This document shows, piece after piece, positions 17,579-27,786 of a DNA stretch of 64,000 bases. The notes beneath the pieces are model-generated. The model was not told the origin of the DNA. It did not search any database and saw only the letters and a program-made list of their open reading frames with translations. The stretch spans positions 1,403 to 65,402 of the forward strand of contig DATHSA010000033.1 of assembly GCA_035464675.1 (NCBI GenBank), given 5' to 3'. The stretch's first letter is position 1. Every line of letters begins with the position of its first letter. The position numbers and the translations under genes are program-made. This stretch comes from Acidimicrobiia bacterium (lineage in GTDB: Bacteria; Actinomycetota; Acidimicrobiia; Spongiisociales; UBA11373).

Positions 17579-18369
17579 CAGGGTCTCTCCCGCCTCACGA
17601 TAGCGTCCACCATGCGCGCCGAGCGCAGTCCCTCGACCACGTTGTGTGTGCGGATGACGCTCGCTCCGGAGGCGATCGCCAGGGCGTGGGCAGCCGTGGT
17701 GGGACCATCGCGCTCCTCCACCGGGATCGGACCGAGGACCCGCTCGATGAACGACTTCCGCGACGCCCCGACGAGCACCGGGCGGCCCGTCCCCGCGAGC
17801 CGGGCCACGCCATCGGTGAGGAGATCGAGGTTGTGGGCGACCGTCTTGCCGAAGCCGATACCGGGGTCCACGCAGATCCGGGAGGGGTCGACGCCATGGA
17901 CCACGGCGTGCTCGGTGCGATCTACCAGGTAGTTGGCGACATCCTCCACGACGTCCGCGTAGCGGGGATCGTCCTGCATGGTCCTGGGGCTTCCCAGCAT
18001 GTGCATCAGGACCAGCCCCACCCCCGACTCGGCCACGAGCGTGGCCATTGCCGGATCGCCGAGCGCAGTGACATCGTTGACGATCGCGGCACCATCCGCG
18101 ATCGCCGCCCTGGCAACGGTCGCCTTCGAGGTGTCGATCGAGACCACGATCCCCTCACGGGTGAGGGCCCTCACGACAGGGACGATGCGATCAGCCTCGG
18201 CATCCGCGTCGACGGGGTCCGCTCCGGGACGCGTCGACTCCCCTCCAACGTCGATGAGATCCGCGCCGTCCCTGGCCATCTGCAGACCGTGGGCGACGGC
18301 GGCGTCGAAGGCCAGGAACCTCCCGCCGTCCGAGAACGAGTCGGGGGTGACGTTGAGGATCCCCATCAC
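17578..18369 (-). CDS. folP: Dihydropteroate synthase, 263 aa
   Basis: GILNVTPDSFSDGG and DVGGESTRPG motifs. Confidence 0.95.
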   Translation of the reverse strand: MMGILNVTPDSFSDGGRFLAFDAAVAHGLQMARDGADLIDVGGESTRPGADPVDADAEADRIVPVVRALTREGIVVSIDTSKATVARAAIADGAAIVNDVTALGDPAMATLVAESGVGLVLMHMLGSPRTMQDDPRYADVVEDVANYLVDRTEHAVVHGVDPSRICVDPGIGFGKTVAHNLDLLTDGVARLAGTGRPVLVGASRKSFIERVLGPIPVEERDGPTTAAHALAIASGASVIRTHNVVEGLRSARMVDAIVRRERP

Positions 18370-18446
18370 GAGGGTGTGATGCTCGTTGGAGAGGGTGGCG
18401 CCCCCGCCGATCTCCCAGCGGGTCGGCTCGAATGGTCGCCGCAGGC

Positions 18447-20399
18447 TCAGGAGGAGCCGCTCCCATCGGAGGTGCGCGCCGCGGCGATGTCACCCCGGGC
18501 GATCTCGCCGTTGGGCGCCTGGATCCGCATCGAGCCGTTGGGAACGTGCTCCCACTTGGGCACGTCGGCAAGGATCTCCTCGATGTCGGGCGCATAGAGC
18601 GTCTCTTTGTCGAGGAGTGCATCGGCCAGTCGGTCGAGGGCGTCCCGATGAGTCGTGATGATCGCCCGCGCCTCTTCGTGCGCCTGGTTGATCAGCTTGC
18701 GGACCTCCTCGTCGATCATCGCCGCGACCTCGTCCGAGTAGTCGATCGATCGGTTGTAGTCCCGCCCGAGAAACACCTGCCCCTGCGGGGTTCCGTACCG
18801 CATCGGGCCGAGGCGGTCGCTCATGCCGTGCTCCATGACCATGGAACGGGCGAGGTCCGTGGCCTGCTCGATGTCGTTGTGGGCCCCCGTCGAGGGATCC
18901 CCGAAGATGATCTCCTCGGCAGTCCGCCCCCCGAGGGCGCGTGCCAGCGTGTCGACCATCTCGGAGCGGCGGCGATACGATCGGTCCTCCATCGGCATCG
19001 AGCGGGTGTACCCACCCATCCGACCGCGAGGGATGATCGTCACCTTGGTCACCGGGTCGGCGTGTGGGAGGGCGAACCCGACCAGCGCGTGGCCGCCCTC
19101 GTGGTAGGCGGTGAGCTGCTTCTCCTCGTCGGTCATCACCTTGCTTCGGCGCTCGGGCCCTGCGATGACCCGGTCGATCGCCTCCTCCAACTCGGCCTGG
19201 GAGATCTCGTCCTTGTCCCTGCGGGCGGCGAGCAGCGCCGCCTCGTTGATGGTGTTGGCCAGGTCCGCACCTGTGAAGCCGGGCGTCGCCCGGGCGATCT
19301 GGGCAAGATCGACGTCGTCGCCGAACGGCTTGCCCTTGGCGTGGACCTCGAGGATCTTCTCCCTGCCCCTGATGTCGGGACGGTCGACGACGATCTGGCG
19401 ATCGAATCGACCCGGTCGCAGCAGCGCCGGGTCGAGGATGTCCGGCCGGTTGGTGGCGGCGATGAGGATCACGCCGGTCTTCACGTCGAACCCATCCATC
19501 TCCACCAGCAGCTGGTTGAGGGTCTGCTCACGCTCGTCGTGGCCGCCACCGAGGCCGGCACCGCGGTGGCGGCCAACGGCGTCGATCTCGTCCACGAAGA
19601 CGATCGCCGGTGCCTGCGCCTTTGCCTGCTCGAAGAGATCGCGGACCCGGCTGGCTCCGACGCCGACGAACATCTCGACGAAGTCGGACCCGGAGATCGA
19701 GAAGAACGGGACTCCCGCCTCGCCGGCGACGGCACGGGCGAGCAGGGTCTTGCCGGTGCCCGGCGGGCCGTACAGCAGAACACCCTTGGGGATCTTGGCG
19801 CCCATCGCACGGAACTTCTGGGGTCGCGACAGGAACTCCTTGATCTCGTAGAGCTCCTCGACCGCCTCCTCGGCCCCGGCGACATCGGCGAACGTGACCT
19901 TGGGCATGTCGCGGCTGATCTGCTTCGCCTTGGCCTTGCCGAACTGCATCACCCGGTTGCCGCCGCCCTGCATCTGCAGGAGGATGAATATGAAGACACC
20001 GAAGATCAGCACGTACGGCAGGACTGCCAGCAACCACTCCCAGATCCCCGGATTCTCGGACTCGATCTCGAGAACCACTCCGTTGTCGAGAATCAACCGG
20101 GTCAGGTCGCCTTCGTAGCCATCGGGGAACGTGGTCTCGAACCGGCCGCCACCGGCACCCTCCGTGTACGTGCCGGTGATGACGTTGGACTTCTGCTTGA
20201 TCGTGACGGTCTCGATGTCACCGGCGGCGAGTTGTGTCTCGAACCGGTCCAGCGTCAGCTCCTCGGGGCCGGTCGCCGAGCTGACAAAGGTGTTGACCAG
20301 CATGATCGCCACGGTGACGATCACCAGGTACACCAGCACGGTGCGAACGGTTCGGCTCACGTGTTCGAGTCCAATCGAAGACGGTGGGACCGGCGCCAT
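18447..20399 (-). CDS. ftsH: ATP-dependent zinc metalloprotease FtsH, 650 aa
   Basis: Two N-terminal TM segments, AAA module [18 protein letters not shown], zinc motif HEGGHAL. Confidence 0.97.
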   Translation of the reverse strand: MAPVPPSSIGLEHVSRTVRTVLVYLVIVTVAIMLVNTFVSSATGPEELTLDRFETQLAAGDIETVTIKQKSNVITGTYTEGAGGGRFETTFPDGYEGDLTRLILDNGVVLEIESENPGIWEWLLAVLPYVLIFGVFIFILLQMQGGGNRVMQFGKAKAKQISRDMPKVTFADVAGAEEAVEELYEIKEFLSRPQKFRAMGAKIPKGVLLYGPPGTGKTLLARAVAGEAGVPFFSISGSDFVEMFVGVGASRVRDLFEQAKAQAPAIVFVDEIDAVGRHRGAGLGGGHDEREQTLNQLLVEMDGFDVKTGVILIAATNRPDILDPALLRPGRFDRQIVVDRPDIRGREKILEVHAKGKPFGDDVDLAQIARATPGFTGADLANTINEAALLAARRDKDEISQAELEEAIDRVIAGPERRSKVMTDEEKQLTAYHEGGHALVGFALPHADPVTKVTIIPRGRMGGYTRSMPMEDRSYRRRSEMVDTLARALGGRTAEEIIFGDPSTGAHNDIEQATDLARSMVMEHGMSDRLGPMRYGTPQGQVFLGRDYNRSIDYSDEVAAMIDEEVRKLINQAHEEARAIITTHRDALDRLADALLDKETLYAPDIEEILADVPKWEHVPNGSMRIQAPNGEIARGDIAAARTSDGSGSS

Positions 20400-20410
20400 G
20401 GTATCCCGCT

Positions 20411-20430
20411 TGGCCGCCTATCGGCGGCCA
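20411..20430 (-). promoter_or_regulatory. 8-bp GC stem / 4-nt loop hairpin in the ftsH 5' leader, 12 nt from the ATG
   Basis: TGGCCGCC-tatc-GGCGGCCA read directly. Confidence 0.4.
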
Positions 20431-20431
20431 G

Positions 20432-20510
20432 CCGTTACCCGTTACCCGTTACCCGTTTACCCGTTACCCGTTACCCGTGCGGGGTCGCAAGGAACGGGGA
20501 ACGGGCAACG
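20432..20510. repeat. Heptamer-array element: (CCGTTAC)x6 at 20432-20477 (one 8-nt unit), 13-nt spacer, complementary arm GGAACGGGGAACGGGCAACG at 20491-20510
   Basis: Read directly. Lies in the hpt-ftsH intergenic region. Confidence 0.9.
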
Positions 20511-20528
20511 TGAGAGGGCACCGCCCTC

Positions 20529-20532
<4 letters not shown>
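20510..20532 (-). terminator. Perfect 10-bp stem / 3-nt loop hairpin overlapping the hpt stop codon
   Basis: GTGAGAGGGC-acc-GCCCTCTCAC. The hpt TGA (20531..20529) lies inside the stem. No clear U-tract. Confidence 0.4.
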
Positions 20533-21046
<514 letters not shown>

Positions 21047-21050
<4 letters not shown>

Positions 21051-22318
21051 GTCTTCACCGCGGCCACGCCCACATCACCACCCTGTCCGGCTGCGACCCG
21101 GATGGCCACCACCCACACGATTCTCCCATCGGACTCGAGGACCGGCCAGCGCGCTCGCAGACGCGAAGGCACGCCGGCCTCGGACAGAGCGTCGGAGACC
21201 TTCTTGGCGCCCCCGGGGATCGCGATCCGGTCGCCGGGCCGGGCGGCACGCACGACCAGGGGACCCTCGGGTACGACCGCCCCGTGGCGGCCAAGGCCGG
21301 CGGAGCCGGGTGCGCCGGAGACGACACGCCAGGGCCCGAAGACGACCTCACCGGGAATCTCGAGGCCAACCGGCTCAGGTGGGGACGGTGGCTCCCCGGC
21401 GTGGACGGCGACATAGGGTCCCTCGCGCTGTGCCAGGAACCCGCCGGCGATCTGGCCGGCCGTGCCGGAGACCGCCGCGAGCACGGCGGCGACGTCGGCC
21501 GCGGTGCCGGGATAGGGGTCGAGGACGATCCGCAGGGCCCGCCTCGCGACACGCGCGGCGACCGGTGCCGGGAGTGCAACGAGGGCGGCGGCCGGAACCA
21601 GCACGGCCTCCTCGTCGTGGCGTATCGGCACCTCCCCGGCGCGAGCTTCGAGCATCTCGTCGTCGGCCGCGACGAAGTCTGCCGTACGAGCGAGTGCCTC
21701 CCGCAGCCCGGGGTTGAACTCTCGCTCCAGAAGCGGAATCACCTCCTGGCGGAGCCGGTTGCGCCGAACCGACACGTCGTCATTCTGAGGATCGTCGACG
21801 AACGGGAGCTCGGCGGCCCGGGCGACGGCCCGCGCCCGATCCCTGGGGATCCCGAGGAGGGGACGCGCCCAGGGGAAGCGCCGACGCGGAATCCCCCTCA
21901 GACCGCCTGACCCGGCTCCCCGGATCAGGTTCCCCAACACGGTTTCGGCCTGGTCGTCGCGGGTGTGTCCGGTGAGGATCCACTCGGCGGAGTCACGAGC
22001 CTTCTCGAGCGCCTCCAGACGGGACTGCCGCAGCTCGGTCTCGGTGTCTCCACCCGGTGCGTCGATGATCACGTGCTCGAGCCCGAGATGGTCGGCGATC
22101 TCGGTCGCGGCGCGGACCAGCGACCCGGAGCCGGGGAGGTGGTGATGCACCGTCACGGCCCGAGCCGGCGCACCCGATCCAGCCACCGCATAGGCCATCG
22201 CCGCGGAATCGGCTCCGCCGCTGAGGGCGACAAGGACGCTACCCGGGGGGAGCTCCGCGGCGACCTCGGCCACGAAAGCATCCAGATCCGCGGTGCTCAG
22301 CCCACCCGTTCCAGCCAC
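21047..22318 (-). CDS. tilS: tRNA(Ile)-lysidine synthase, 423 aa
   Basis: PP-loop VALSGGADS. Conserved position upstream of hpt. Confidence 0.9.
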
Positions 22319-23334
22319 TTCCTCGGTGCCTTGATCTCGTCCAGTGTGGGTAGGTGATCCGGGCCGACCCAGACCGTGTCCAGGGCCGAAAAGCCGGCGG
22401 TTCGCTCGACATCGAGGATGAACCGCTCCCCCAGCTCGTACTGCTTCATCTTCATCTCGAGCCCGGTCAGGCGGAAGAAGGCTGCGGTCCGCGGGTCCTT
22501 GCGGCGAAGTTTGAGGATGCGAGACATGCGATCCTGGGTGACCAACCGTCGCGCCCCGATTCGGTCCATGACGACATGTCCGTGGCCCTCGAGAAGAGCC
22601 ATCAGCGACTGAACGCGATCGAGGAGGTCGCGCTGCTCGGGAGTCGCCAGGACTCCCATCAAACCCGACTCATCGACCATCGGTCGTCCCTCACGCGCAG
22701 CCTCGCGCATCTCACCGGCGATCCTCTGCAGCCGACCGGGCTCGGGATCCGACATCTCGACCAGGCCCTCCACCAACTCGAAGAAGTAGGGACGCAGCCA
22801 TGGCACCCCGGTGAACTGAAGCCGGTGAGTGCACTCATGGAGGGCGACCCAGAAGCGAAACTCGTCAGGACGGAACTCGTGCTGCCGCTCCATCATCAGG
22901 ATGTTGGCCCCGACGAACAGAACCACATCGCCCTCGGCCTCGTCACCCGAGGGGAGGACGAGTTCGTACTGTCCGAGCACCCGCTTGGAGAGGACCCCGA
23001 CGAGCGCACCGACCTCGGCGCCGAGGAGCCGGGAGACCAGGCGGCGGCCGAAGCCGCCCCGGCCCTTCCCCATCAGTTTTCGCTCGGCGGGGGCGAGGAG
23101 GCGGCCGAACGAATCGATGCTCCCCCGTGCCCAGTCGGCCCGGCGAAGCACGCGAACGGTGGGATCCCCGATCCAGTGCAGGCCGGTCTCCTCCTCGACG
23201 AGCCGGGCCGCCTCGGTTACGAAGCCGGAGGCCTGACGTTCGAGTAGGCCGAAGTGGTACGAGTCCTCGAGGGGGTGCGACCCGGCGAGCCGCCCGGCGA
23301 CGCGGGTGGCCACGCTCCAGTCGATGCCGCTCAC
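22297..23334 (-). CDS. Zinc-dependent metalloprotease, DUF2342 family (Rv3626c-like), 345 aa
   Basis: HExxH motif LHECTHRLQF. Conserved synteny with tilS and hpt. Confidence 0.8.
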   Translation of the reverse strand: MSGIDWSVATRVAGRLAGSHPLEDSYHFGLLERQASGFVTEAARLVEEETGLHWIGDPTVRVLRRADWARGSIDSFGRLLAPAERKLMGKGRGGFGRRLVSRLLGAEVGALVGVLSKRVLGQYELVLPSGDEAEGDVVLFVGANILMMERQHEFRPDEFRFWVALHECTHRLQFTGVPWLRPYFFELVEGLVEMSDPEPGRLQRIAGEMREAAREGRPMVDESGLMGVLATPEQRDLLDRVQSLMALLEGHGHVVMDRIGARRLVTQDRMSRILKLRRKDPRTAAFFRLTGLEMKMKQYELGERFILDVERTAGFSALDTVWVGPDHLPTLDEIKAPRKWLERVG

Positions 23335-23600
23335 TGTATGACGCGGTAGCGGCCCTTGATCCTGACTGCGTAGCCGACAAGGACACCGGCAACGACGACG
23401 CCACTCAGGACGAGAAGGGTCGGAACGAGGAAGCGGAACGTCCAGGCGTCCTCGGCGGGCGGCTCTGCCTCCTCGCCGACGATCACAACAGGACCGCTCT
23501 CCGGCGACGGGGCCTCGCCCTCCCCGGCAGACGCCGCAGGCATGGCTCCGAGAGCGAGGACGATGGCGATGAGGGCGAGGGCGACGCGCAGGCGCTTCAT
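23331..23600 (-). CDS. Small exported/membrane-anchored protein, 89 aa
   Basis: Internal ATG 23600 of ORF 23331..23828. Signal peptide MKRLRVALALIAIVLALGAMPAASA, acidic middle region, C-terminal TM. GTGA overlap with the downstream gene. Confidence 0.6.
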   Translation of the reverse strand: MKRLRVALALIAIVLALGAMPAASAGEGEAPSPESGPVVIVGEEAEPPAEDAWTFRFLVPTLLVLSGVVVAGVLVGYAVRIKGRYRVIQ

Positions 23601-23679
23601 GCCCGGCAGGTTAGGCGGCAACCAGGGGTCAACGACCGGAGTACATGTCGACTGCCGGCGGCGAGCCGGCTGATGGACC

Positions 23680-23874
23680 TCAGCCCTCGGGGACGATGCG
23701 GCCCCGGAGACGCGGGAAGCGCGTCGGTGCATGGGCGTAGCAGTGCGACCGCTTGTTGTAGCGGGACAGCACCGTCTCACACGTGTCGTGCTCGCACACG
23801 CGCGTGCCGTCGGTCTGCTTGGGAGCACGCAGCTTCCCTTGCACCCGGTTGCCCTTCATGATCTCGGACGACAT
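23680..23874 (-). CDS. Small Cys3-His protein (C-x4-C-x13-C-x2-H), 64 aa, directly downstream of the anti-sigma gene
   Basis: ORF 23680..23874 with a GGAGG SD and high GC3. The motif CEHDTC...CYAH suggests a zinc site. Confidence 0.6.
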   Translation of the reverse strand: MSSEIMKGNRVQGKLRAPKQTDGTRVCEHDTCETVLSRYNKRSHCYAHAPTRFPRLRGRIVPEG

Positions 23875-23907
23875 TCGTACCTCCAGAGGAGGGCGGAACC
23901 CGAAAGG

Positions 23908-24150
23908 TTACCCCACACTCCCGTCGGAATCATGTTCATGGATGAACGTCATGAGCCGCTCTGCGAGTTCCGGAGGCATCTCCTCACGGCAACACTGACG
24001 AATCCGCGACTTGAGCGCCTCTTCGAACCGGAAGCCCTCGCCGCACGGCGGGCAACGTCGAAGGTGCCACCGAATCCGGACGCGGCGCACCGCGGTCGTC
24101 TCGCCGTCGATGAACTCGTACATCTGGCTGTGCGCCTCGTGGCAATTCAT
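23908..24150 (-). CDS. rshA: Zinc-associated (ZAS) redox-sensing anti-sigma factor, RsrA/RshA-like, 80 aa
   Basis: Start ATG 24150 overlaps the sigma factor stop (ATGA). MYEFIDGE and H-x3-C-x2-C (HLRRCPPC) plus a downstream CC, as in RsrA. Confidence 0.85.
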   Translation of the reverse strand: MNCHEAHSQMYEFIDGETTAVRRVRIRWHLRRCPPCGEGFRFEEALKSRIRQCCREEMPPELAERLMTFIHEHDSDGSVG

Positions 24151-24710
24151 GATCCGGCGATGCCTCGCTGCTCTGCAAACTCCCACAACGCCTTCTGGAG
24201 AGCCTTTCTTCCGCGATGCAAGCGCGACATGACCGTCCCGATCGGCGTATCCATGATGTCGGCGATCTCCTTGTAGGAAAATCCTTCGACGTCGGCGAGG
24301 AGCACCGGGATCCGGAAGATCTCTGGAAGGGACTCCAGGGCCCCCTTGATGTCATCGTCCACGATCCGATCGAGCGCCTCCTCTTCGGCACTCCTCTCGG
24401 CACCCCCCGGACCCTCCTCCCCCATCCGCTGATACAGGTAGAGATCCTCCAGTTCCCCGAGCTCCACTTCGGTGGGCCGTCGGGTCTTGCGCCGATAGCG
24501 GTTGATGAACGTGTTGGTGAGGATCCGGTACAGCCAGGCACGCAGGTTGGTCCCAGCCTGGAACGTGTGATATCCGCGGTACGCCTTGAGCAGTGCCTCC
24601 TGGAGCACGTCCTCCGCGTCGGCAGGATTACGCGTCATCCTGAGCGCAGCCGAGTACAGCTGCGGGAGGAACTCCTGCACATCGTCTTCAAAGGTGGCCT
24701 GGTCGGCCAT
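24147..24710 (-). CDS. sigH: ECF sigma factor of the SigH/SigR group, 187 aa
   Basis: Sigma-70 region 2 ([15 protein letters not shown]...) and region 4 ([25 protein letters not shown]). Coupled to the ZAS anti-sigma gene. Confidence 0.85.
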   Translation of the reverse strand: MADQATFEDDVQEFLPQLYSAALRMTRNPADAEDVLQEALLKAYRGYHTFQAGTNLRAWLYRILTNTFINRYRRKTRRPTEVELGELEDLYLYQRMGEEGPGGAERSAEEEALDRIVDDDIKGALESLPEIFRIPVLLADVEGFSYKEIADIMDTPIGTVMSRLHRGRKALQKALWEFAEQRGIAGS

Positions 24711-24750
24711 GTGCCCCCCGGGGCTGGCTGCCGTGCCGCCTCGGACACGG

Positions 24751-24825
24751 TGGAGCCGGAGCGGGGATTTGAACCCCGGACCTGCTCATTACGAGTGAGC
24801 TGCTCTACCCCTGAGCTACTCCGGC
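24751..24825 (-). tRNA. tRNA-Thr (anticodon CGU), CCA encoded
   Basis: Reverse complement is GCCGGAGTAGCTCAGGGGTAGAGCAGCTCACTCGTAATGAGCAGGTCCGGGGTTCAAATCCCCGCTCCGGCTCCA. It folds as a cloverleaf: 7-bp acceptor, D arm GCTC/GAGC, anticodon loop CTCGTAA, T arm CGGGG/CCCCG. Confidence 0.95.
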
Positions 24826-24836
24826 GTGAGGCGGGA

Positions 24837-24861
24837 ATGGTAGACCGTTGCCCGTTGCCCG
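24837..24861 (-). promoter_or_regulatory. Putative tRNA-Thr promoter: -10 TACCAT (24842..24837) preceded by two GGGCAAC heptamers (24845-24861)
   Basis: Minus strand reads CGGGCAACGGGCAACGGTCTACCATTCCCGCCTCAC, then the mature tRNA 5' end. Confidence 0.35.
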
Positions 24862-24954
24862 AAGAGAGGTATCGCCCGGGCCGCCCCCGACATCGGCGGT
24901 GTACCTCAGATCGATCGTCCGTACAGCCGACTCGCCCGTTGTCGGCTCCCCGGC

Positions 24955-25407
24955 TCAGGGGTGACTCGGGTCCCGGAAGATGCCGGCCGCCTGCTGCTCG
25001 GCACGCACGAAGGCGACGATGTCGGCGACGTCGTCACGCGTGAGACCCGGCACCGGATCCATGGAGCCGAAGTTCCAGTGATGCTGCACCACGCCGCGTG
25101 CCACCGCCTGCTGAAAGGCCTCATCGGAGTGATGGTTGGGTGCGTAGTAGCGATGCAGCAACGGCGGCCCGAAGCCCGTTCCCGTCAGGTCGACGCCATG
25201 ACATGCCGCACAGTTGGCGAGGAACAGCTGCCGACCCTCGGCGAGGGCCGCAGGGTCGACCGGATCGGTAGCCGACTCCGGTGCCTCGTTTCCAGCCGTC
25301 ACGACGACGAAGGCGATGAGAGTCGCCCCCAGGATGCCCCCCACGATCATCACCCAGCGCAACCTCCGGGGCTGGCGGGGACGTGCCCGTCGGTTCCTGG
25401 CGACCAC
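24955..25407 (-). CDS. Membrane-anchored c-type cytochrome (single CxxCH), about 150 aa
   Basis: C-terminal part of ORF 24955..26403. TM anchor MIVGGILGATLIAFVVVTAG, heme motif CAACH, distal Met region. Start is GTG 25407 (AGGGGA SD, positively charged N-terminus), or 25353/25350. Confidence 0.7.
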   Translation of the reverse strand: MVARNRRARPRQPRRLRWVMIVGGILGATLIAFVVVTAGNEAPESATDPVDPAALAEGRQLFLANCAACHGVDLTGTGFGPPLLHRYYAPNHHSDEAFQQAVARGVVQHHWNFGSMDPVPGLTRDDVADIVAFVRAEQQAAGIFRDPSHP

Positions 25408-25439
25408 TGGTTTCCCCTCGCGATCGAGCGGACTCAGCG

Positions 25440-25445
25440 TACCGT
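25440..25445 (+). promoter_or_regulatory. Putative -10 box TACCGT, 7 nt upstream of the copB ATG (leaderless layout)
   Basis: TACCGT-tgtcgcc-ATG read directly. No SD. Confidence 0.4.
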
Positions 25446-25452
25446 TGTCGCC

Positions 25453-27462
25453 ATGACCGATCACCACGAGGCACACCACCACGAGGCAGGAGCCGACGAC
25501 CGCCACGCCGGTCACAGCCCGGAGATGTTCCGCGATCGCCTCGCCGTCTCGACGGCGCTCGCCATTCCGATCCTCTACTTCAGCGAACGCATCCAGGAGT
25601 GGTTCGGTTTTGACGCGGTGGAGTTCCCCGGCGACGCGCTGGTGACCCCGGTGCTGGCGACCGTCCTCTTCGTCTACGGCGGCCGCGTCTTCATCATCGG
25701 AGCGTTCAGGGAGATGCGACGACGCGCCCCGGCCATGATGACCCTGATCACCCTGGCCATCTCGGTGGCCTACGGCTACAGCCTCGCGGTGTCGCTCGGC
25801 ATCGACGGGGAGCCCTTCTACTGGGAGCTGGCCACCCTGATCGTGGTGATGCTTCTCGGTCACTGGGTGGAGATGCGGTCGATCCAACGGGCCGGGAGCG
25901 CCCTCGACCGCCTCGCGGAACTCATTCCGTCGACGGTCCACCGCATCGAAGGCGACGACCTGGTCGAGGTTTCGATCGACGATGTGGGTGTCGACGATCG
26001 GCTTCTGATTCGCCCCGGCGAGCAGGTCCCGGCGGACGGCATCATCGAAGAGGGCTCGTCCTCCATCGACGAGTCCTTCCTCACCGGCGAGTCGCTGCCG
26101 GTGCCCAGGTCGGAGGGCGACGAGGTGGTCGCCGGAGCCGTCAACGGCGACGGCGCGCTCACCGTCCGTGTGACCGCAACCGGGGACGAGTCGACCCTCA
26201 GCCAGATGATGCGGCTCGTACAGGAGGCCCAGGCGTCGCGAACCCGCTTCCAGGGCCTGGCCGATCGGGCCGCGTTCTGGCTGGTGATCGTCGCCATCGC
26301 CGCGAGCATCCCCACCTTTGCGGTCTGGCTCGCGTTCGGTGACGAGGGAGCCACCTTCGCGGTGGCCCGGGGCGTCACCGTCCTCGTGATCGCCTGTCCC
26401 CATGCCCTGGGTCTGGCGATCCCGTTGGTCATGGCGAATGCCACCGCGATGTCCGCGGGTCGCGGGATCCTCGTCAGGGACCGGGACGCCTTCGAGCGAG
26501 CCAACCGAATCAGCCTCGTGGCGCTCGACAAGACCGGGACGCTCACCGAAGGGGAGTTCGAAGTCGTGTCGGTCACAGCGGGAGACGGCATCGACGAGGC
26601 CAAAGCACTGCGCCTGGCCGCATCGCTCGAACGTTCGTCAGAGCACCCTCTCGCCGCAGCCATCGTGGGCGCAGCCGAACAACGGGGCCTGTCCCTACCG
26701 ACGGCCACGGATGTCCGCGCTGAAGCCGGGATGGGCATCAGCGGATCTGTCGATGGAGGCTCATGGCGAGTCGGGCGGCCCGAGTGGGCAGTGGATCTCG
26801 AGATGCGCAGCGTCGCCGAGATCGACGCTGCCCTCGAGGCGGCTGCGGCCGACGGACGCGGCGCCGTGGTCCTCATGGACCGGGAGGCGGTTCGCGCCGT
26901 CATCACGCTCGCCGATCGCATCCGCCCGACCGCCCGCAAGGCGATGGATGACCTCCGTGACCTCGGGGTGACCCCGGTGATGATCACCGGGGATGCCGAA
27001 GCCGTCGCCCGAACCGTGGCCTCGGAACTCGGGATCGAACGGTTCCACGCCCGGGTCCTCCCGGGTGAGAAGGCCGAGATCGTCGACGAACGGAAGACAG
27101 AAGGGCGGGTGGCATTCGTCGGCGACGGCATCAACGACGCGCCGGCCCTCGTGGGGGCCGACCTCGGGATCGCCATCGGAGCCGGCACCAACGTCGCGAT
27201 CGAGTCGGCCGACGTGGTGTTGGTCGAGAGCGATCCAGCCGCCATCGCCAGGACTCTGCGGCTCTCGGCGCTCACGCGCCGCAAGATGCTGCAGAACCTC
27301 GCCTGGGCGACGGGCTACAACGTGGTGGCGATCCCCCTCGCGGCAGGCGTCGCCGCCGGTGCCGGACTGGTGCTCTCCCCTGCAATTGGAGCGTTGCTCA
27401 TGAGCGCCTCGACCGTGATCGTCGCCATCAACGCGGTGCTGTTGAGGCGGGCCCGGATCTGA
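25453..27462 (+). CDS. copB: Copper-translocating P1B-type ATPase, CopB-like (His-rich N-terminus, CPH motif), 669 aa
   Basis: Internal ATG 25453 of ORF 24961..27462. MTDHHEAHHHEAGADDRHAGH, TM6 motif ACPHALGLA, DKTGTLTEG, GDGINDAPAL. Confidence 0.9.
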   Translation: MTDHHEAHHHEAGADDRHAGHSPEMFRDRLAVSTALAIPILYFSERIQEWFGFDAVEFPGDALVTPVLATVLFVYGGRVFIIGAFREMRRRAPAMMTLITLAISVAYGYSLAVSLGIDGEPFYWELATLIVVMLLGHWVEMRSIQRAGSALDRLAELIPSTVHRIEGDDLVEVSIDDVGVDDRLLIRPGEQVPADGIIEEGSSSIDESFLTGESLPVPRSEGDEVVAGAVNGDGALTVRVTATGDESTLSQMMRLVQEAQASRTRFQGLADRAAFWLVIVAIAASIPTFAVWLAFGDEGATFAVARGVTVLVIACPHALGLAIPLVMANATAMSAGRGILVRDRDAFERANRISLVALDKTGTLTEGEFEVVSVTAGDGIDEAKALRLAASLERSSEHPLAAAIVGAAEQRGLSLPTATDVRAEAGMGISGSVDGGSWRVGRPEWAVDLEMRSVAEIDAALEAAAADGRGAVVLMDREAVRAVITLADRIRPTARKAMDDLRDLGVTPVMITGDAEAVARTVASELGIERFHARVLPGEKAEIVDERKTEGRVAFVGDGINDAPALVGADLGIAIGAGTNVAIESADVVLVESDPAAIARTLRLSALTRRKMLQNLAWATGYNVVAIPLAAGVAAGAGLVLSPAIGALLMSASTVIVAINAVLLRRARI

Positions 27463-27468
27463 CGGCGG

Positions 27469-27768
27469 CTAGACCGCTCGCTCGGCGCGCCCGTCGGGGT
27501 AGACGACTCGCAGGCCGACGTCATAGTTGGCCGGCGGGGGCACGAAGCGCAGCTCCATGAACGTGAGCCCCGGGTAGTAGGGGTCCTCGTAGAGCTCGGC
27601 GATGACGTCGTCGGGCAGCAACTCGGCGATGCGCAGCATCTCGCGACGGTCGTCGAGGGAGGACCCGACGAATCGCAGTTCGCCCTCTTGATCGAGCCGC
27701 TCTACGAGCTGGTCGGCGACCTCGCGCCGCCATGCCCGTCGCGACCGCGTCTCGCGGAAAAATGGCAT
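27469..27768 (-). CDS. Hypothetical protein, 99 aa
   Basis: ORF 27469..27768. High GC3, GGAG SD, balanced composition. I recognise no family. Confidence 0.55.
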   Translation of the reverse strand: MPFFRETRSRRAWRREVADQLVERLDQEGELRFVGSSLDDRREMLRIAELLPDDVIAELYEDPYYPGLTFMELRFVPPPANYDVGLRVVYPDGRAERAV

Positions 27769-27786
27769 CCCGGTACTCCGCCCTGG

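Noticed and set aside
20432-20510. Heptamer arrays as a CRISPR array or as coding repeats
   Set aside because: Units are 7 nt with no unique spacers, so they are not CRISPR. No cas genes are present. ORFs crossing the arrays are artefactual, and a 7-nt period is incompatible with a repeated peptide.
18432-20513. 693-aa plus-strand ORF antisense to ftsH
   Set aside because: Completely overlaps FtsH on the opposite strand. No recognisable domains. Its end simply reads through the heptamer array (..YPLPVTRLPVTRYP..).
24711-24960. Integrated mobile element at tRNA-Thr
   Set aside because: No integrase, excisionase or phage genes on either side. No direct repeat of the tRNA 3' end was seen. Flanking genes (sigH-rshA, cytochrome c, copB) have native-like composition.
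25408-26403. N-terminal 330 aa of the 482-aa minus-strand ORF 24955..26403
   Set aside because: Only the last ~150 aa (TM anchor plus CAACH) look like a protein. The upstream part is antisense to the CopB ATPase and is Arg/Gly/Asp-rich.
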